NCBI GenBank assembly: GCA_963799845.1
Contig: CAWCYI010000004.1
Coordinates: 576,001-640,000, forward strand
Source: an uncultured Nitrososphaerota archaeon
GTDB taxonomy: Archaea; Thermoproteota; Nitrososphaeria; Nitrososphaerales; CADDZS01
Reading direction: 5' to 3'
DNA: 64,000 nt
Shown here: positions 60,738 to 64,000 of the stretch, in pieces
Layout: each line of letters begins with the position of its first letter
Position numbering within the stretch: the stretch's first letter is position 1
Program-made: the position numbers and the translations under genes
Notes under the pieces: generated by a model
What the model saw: only the letters and a program-made list of their open reading frames with translations
What the model was told of the DNA's origin: nothing
Database searches by the model: none

Positions 60738-61871
60738 ATGCCCGAAAAGATTCTTTATTCCTCGCGAGACAGAGGTATTTCCCAGATCGTCTCGATTTTC
60801 ATTTTGATATTCTTGCTCGTCATATCGTTGCTTTTTGCCAACTTCTCCTTCGGATCAGGTACAAGATTTCCTTCCTCAAAACCTGTGTTCGCATATTATT
60901 ACGGATGGTACACGAAAGATGCCTGGTACAACGGAATTGGTGGTCCGAATTCTTTGGCTGTGGCAGATTCGCCTTCGATCGGGCTATACAATTCTCAAAA
61001 TACTACCGTGATTGATACTCAGATAAACGAAGCACTCTCTGCGGGGATTAATGGATTCATCGCGTCGTGGTGGGGCCCGGAAAGTCTCACCGATAACTCG
61101 GACAAGATTCTGATAAATCAAGCCTCGAAGTTCAGCGACTTTAGTGTCACGCTCTACTTTGAGACTGAAATAATTCAGGAGATGAATTCGAGCCGGGCAT
61201 CCGAAGGCGCGCAAATCGTAAATGATGTTTCATACATAATGCAAAATTATGCATCGTCTGACGCTTTCACTCAGATCGGCGGAAGGCAGGTCCTATTCTT
61301 CTACGGCGTTGATAACTGGCCGGTCCAGTTCTGGGCAAATGTCACGAACGCTATTCATGCTAACTATCCAGACCTCCGGTTGATTAGTGACTCGTTCAGC
61401 TCTGTCTACCTTTCAGCCTTCGACGGGGCGTCATCCTACGTCGATCTTGGATACATGACCCAGTCCTTACCTCTTGAGAATGAAACTTATCCCACCTTTC
61501 TGCAGATCTCCCAGCTCGCAAGAAGTGAAGGTAAACTCTGGCTTGCTACCGCGTCCCCGGGGTTCAACGGGACAAACGATGGTAAGGACGAATTTCCAGT
61601 TGTTGCAAGAGACAACGGAACCACGTTCATCAAAGGCTGGGAGATCGCTCAGGACTCCAATCCGGATGGGATAATCGTCGGAACGTGGAACGAATTTTAC
61701 GAAGGGACGTCGATTGAACCCGCTACTTCATACGGTACTTCTTATCTGCAGTTGACGGCACAGCTTTCCATGGCTTGGAGATTGCCCTCACCTATTCCAA
61801 GCGGAACTTCGTTTGTATACCGATTTGTTAGTTACTGGAATCATTTATACGAACCTTATGGCAGTAGCTAG
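60738..61871 (+). CDS. membrane-anchored GH99/GH71-like glycoside hydrolase
   Basis: FAYYYGWY, P.IGLY.S, AGINGFIASWW, SPGFN and TWNEFYEGTSIEP (ExxE catalytic motif); N-terminal TM. Confidence 0.8.
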   Translation: MPEKILYSSRDRGISQIVSIFILIFLLVISLLFANFSFGSGTRFPSSKPVFAYYYGWYTKDAWYNGIGGPNSLAVADSPSIGLYNSQNTTVIDTQINEALSAGINGFIASWWGPESLTDNSDKILINQASKFSDFSVTLYFETEIIQEMNSSRASEGAQIVNDVSYIMQNYASSDAFTQIGGRQVLFFYGVDNWPVQFWANVTNAIHANYPDLRLISDSFSSVYLSAFDGASSYVDLGYMTQSLPLENETYPTFLQISQLARSEGKLWLATASPGFNGTNDGKDEFPVVARDNGTTFIKGWEIAQDSNPDGIIVGTWNEFYEGTSIEPATSYGTSYLQLTAQLSMAWRLPSPIPSGTSFVYRFVSYWNHLYEPYGSS

Positions 61872-62218
61872 GCGAGCGGTTGAGCATAATGGAGAAGATA
61901 AATTCCAAGTGGCATGAGGCGCACAAAATGCCGCCTCACCCGACGGTGGAGCAGAGAATGGAATGGCACACCGAGCACGTCAAAAACTGCGGCTGTAGAC
62001 CAATTCCAGCCAAACTTCCAGCCCAGTCAAAAAAGAGAAGTGAATGACAAAGGTCTCTGCAAGATATCTGATCCTGTTCGACTAAATTCCTCATTTCCAT
62101 CAGAAAGGGACGCGTCGTTTCAGGAACTTTGGACTGCTTAGGTTGAACAGCGTCCTGGCCAATGTCAAAATTCAAATTTTTTTATCTTCTGTTCCGATGT
62201 CGGAAATCGCTTTGGGGT

Positions 62219-62653
62219 TCACCACCGGAAAACATACCCGCGGCGTCTCAACTCATGATCGAGTTCGTCCTTTCGCCCTCGCACAAGTTTGGCTGCATGA
62301 AGTAAATCGCTCTCTGTCCAGCTCCTTAATTCTGCGGGTGTCAGCATCTCATTGTAGACTGGCGCTGACATTGCTGACTTGTCCAAGAACTCGTCCAATT
62401 TTCGTCCAGTACTATCCAAACGGGTTTTTGACTCCACAAATTCTGTCAGAGCGGTACGAAAAACGCTAGTGACATTACAACCCTCTTTCTGCGCTATTGA
62501 GACAAGAGCTTCAAAAACTGGCCTATCGACCTGCCTAAAACTAACGGGGAATGTAAATGTCGGTTGTGGTGTCACGAAATAACTTCCACTTGATTTCAAC
62601 CAATCAACTTTCTTGTGATGCATCATGCACTGCGCGCTCTGACAGATCCTCAA
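62219..62653 (-). CDS. RHH-like DNA-binding hypothetical protein
   Basis: FPVSF..VD..VFEAL..IAQKEG.NVT.VFRTAL.EFV pattern; start uncertain. Confidence 0.55.
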   Translation of the reverse strand: MRICQSAQCMMHHKKVDWLKSSGSYFVTPQPTFTFPVSFRQVDRPVFEALVSIAQKEGCNVTSVFRTALTEFVESKTRLDSTGRKLDEFLDKSAMSAPVYNEMLTPAELRSWTESDLLHAAKLVRGRKDELDHELRRRGYVFRW

Positions 62654-63152
62654 AATCTATTTCAATGGCGTGGTGCTCGCTATACGTTGCTCGCCAGCTG
62701 GCGCCTTCCTTGCGAGCTCTATCAATGCCAGACTCTGTGATCTTCCATACGCCAACCTCCACCTCGCCGACCGGGAACACTTGTTTTTTGATGACGAGCG
62801 ATTTTTTCGAAAATTTCAGTATGGTGTCGAGCGCGTTTTTTCGCGATTTTTCATAAACCACTTCCTTGTCCTCCATCCTCAGCTCGCTGAACCATTTGCC
62901 GTTCCTAAGCTCGTGCAACACTGATTTGGTTGTCATTTCGCCCTCGGGTGAGCTCGAGAGCAGGAGAAGTATTGGAATCTCAGCCGCACTCCTTGCAGGC
63001 AACGTCGCGATCACGCTTCGCTCGACAGTCCTCTTCCTTTTTTTCGTGCGCATGTGTTCGCTCACAGGTACGTTTTCCGTGGCGGCTCGAAGGTCCATTT
63101 CTTGAGTTCTTGAATTCCCATTCATTTTGCTAGAGTCAGGCGACACGCACAC
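62604..63152 (-). CDS. standalone Mrr N-terminal-like winged-helix protein
   Basis: EIPILLLL...EL..ED...GVWKITESG pattern; no nuclease domain follows. Confidence 0.6.
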   Translation of the reverse strand: MCVSPDSSKMNGNSRTQEMDLRAATENVPVSEHMRTKKRKRTVERSVIATLPARSAAEIPILLLLSSSPEGEMTTKSVLHELRNGKWFSELRMEDKEVVYEKSRKNALDTILKFSKKSLVIKKQVFPVGEVEVGVWKITESGIDRARKEGASWRATYSEHHAIEIDFEDLSERAVHDASQES

Positions 63153-63438
63153 TTCCGCTGACTAATAGCCAAAGCCGTCTGTAGTGACAGACTGCCGCGT
63201 TTGAATTTGAAACGTCGAACTTGATCATTGAATGACCTATTAGAAATAATTCCAAATAGGTTGGCAAAAATAAAGGGGTTTGGGCTCGTGATTCTGATCT
63301 GACATTCTGAATCGGGATCATCCAATATGATGCACTCTGACAAACTGAATTCGAAATGATTGCACGATCTCTCGACTCTCATACTAATTTTGTAATAACT
63401 TATACACCTAGGCTGTTTCCAACTGCTGGGAATAGGAA

Positions 63439-64000
63439 GTGCAAGAATTTTCAGATCTGGCAGTAGATGTCACCTCGCAGAACACATACGGGACTTGGAG
63501 GTATCAAAAGGGATGGAAACCGCTTCACATAGTTGATGCTGAAGGTTGTTACTTCACAGATATCAATGGAAAGAAGTACCTCGATTTTTCTTCGCAGTTG
63601 ATGTGCTCTAATCTGGGGCACAAGAACAAGGCTGTTATCGATGCAATCTGCGAGCAGGCAAGAAAACTTGCCTACATTGCACCCTCATTCACGTGCGATG
63701 CCAGGGCGGATCTAAGCAAATTGCTTCTGGAAGTCTTACCGGAAGGGCTGGAGAAATTCTTCTACACGACTTCAGGCACGGAAGCGGTTGAGGCGGCGAT
63801 CAAGATTGCGCGGCTCTATACTGGGAAGCACAAGATAATCTCCAGATATCGATCCTACCACGGATCCACGGGCGGTTCGATCGCCGCGACGGGCGATTTC
63901 AGAAGGATTCCGATCGAACCCACAGGAAAAATAGACGGTGTGGTCTTCGCCCCTGACATGGATCAGTATAGATCTCCCTTTGGAATCGAGTTTGAGGATC
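63439..64000 (+). CDS. class III PLP-dependent aminotransferase (runs off window end)
   Basis: GTG start; AEGCYFTDINGKKYLDFSSQLMCSNLGH, SGTEAVEAAIKIAR and SYHGST motifs. Confidence 0.9.
   Translation, partial: MQEFSDLAVDVTSQNTYGTWRYQKGWKPLHIVDAEGCYFTDINGKKYLDFSSQLMCSNLGHKNKAVIDAICEQARKLAYIAPSFTCDARADLSKLLLEVLPEGLEKFFYTTSGTEAVEAAIKIARLYTGKHKIISRYRSYHGSTGGSIAATGDFRRIPIEPTGKIDGVVFAPDMDQYRSPFGIEFED

Noticed and set aside
63245-63285. ORB-like TCCA...AAATAAAGGGGT
   Set aside because: Single copy, wrong spacing, and no initiator gene.
1-64000. CRISPR arrays, tRNA/rRNA genes, C/D box sRNAs, provirus hallmarks
   Set aside because: No regularly spaced repeats, T-loop/cloverleaf patterns, clean C/D pairs, integrase or capsid genes were seen by eye; tRNAscan-SE and Infernal would be needed to exclude them.

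Overview
Archaeal chromosomal segment, most likely from a non-ammonia-oxidising Nitrososphaerota-like lineage. This is an inference from TATA-like promoters, frequent TTG/GTG starts, standalone Lrp/RHH proteins and the thiolase-DUF35 pair. It carries metal, K+ and pH homeostasis genes (ZIP-like transporter, NikR-family regulator, kdpABC, two cation/proton antiporters, TMEM175-like channel), glutamate dehydrogenase and an ABC exporter. It also holds a partial 4-hydroxyphenylacetate/homoprotocatechuate meta-cleavage cluster, an IS630-family element with clear terminal inverted repeats, secreted proteins, a toxin-antitoxin pair, a beta-CASP nuclease and a surface-glycan locus. The standout locus is 31890-35603: DUF72, then a highly divergent Ku-like gene (hidden by one in-frame TAA), a minimal ATP-dependent DNA ligase, a minimal (~180 aa) PolX-family nucleotidyltransferase and a membrane protein. 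This is a candidate archaeal end-joining system that pairs Ku and ligase with PolX instead of the usual LigD primase-polymerase. Six of seven clear single-base frameshifts sit at AGCT sites, and the seventh reads as an AGCT with one inserted base. That suggests methylation-linked base-calling errors rather than true pseudogenes. No CRISPR array, rRNA or tRNA was seen. All family assignments come from motif recognition by eye, not database searches.
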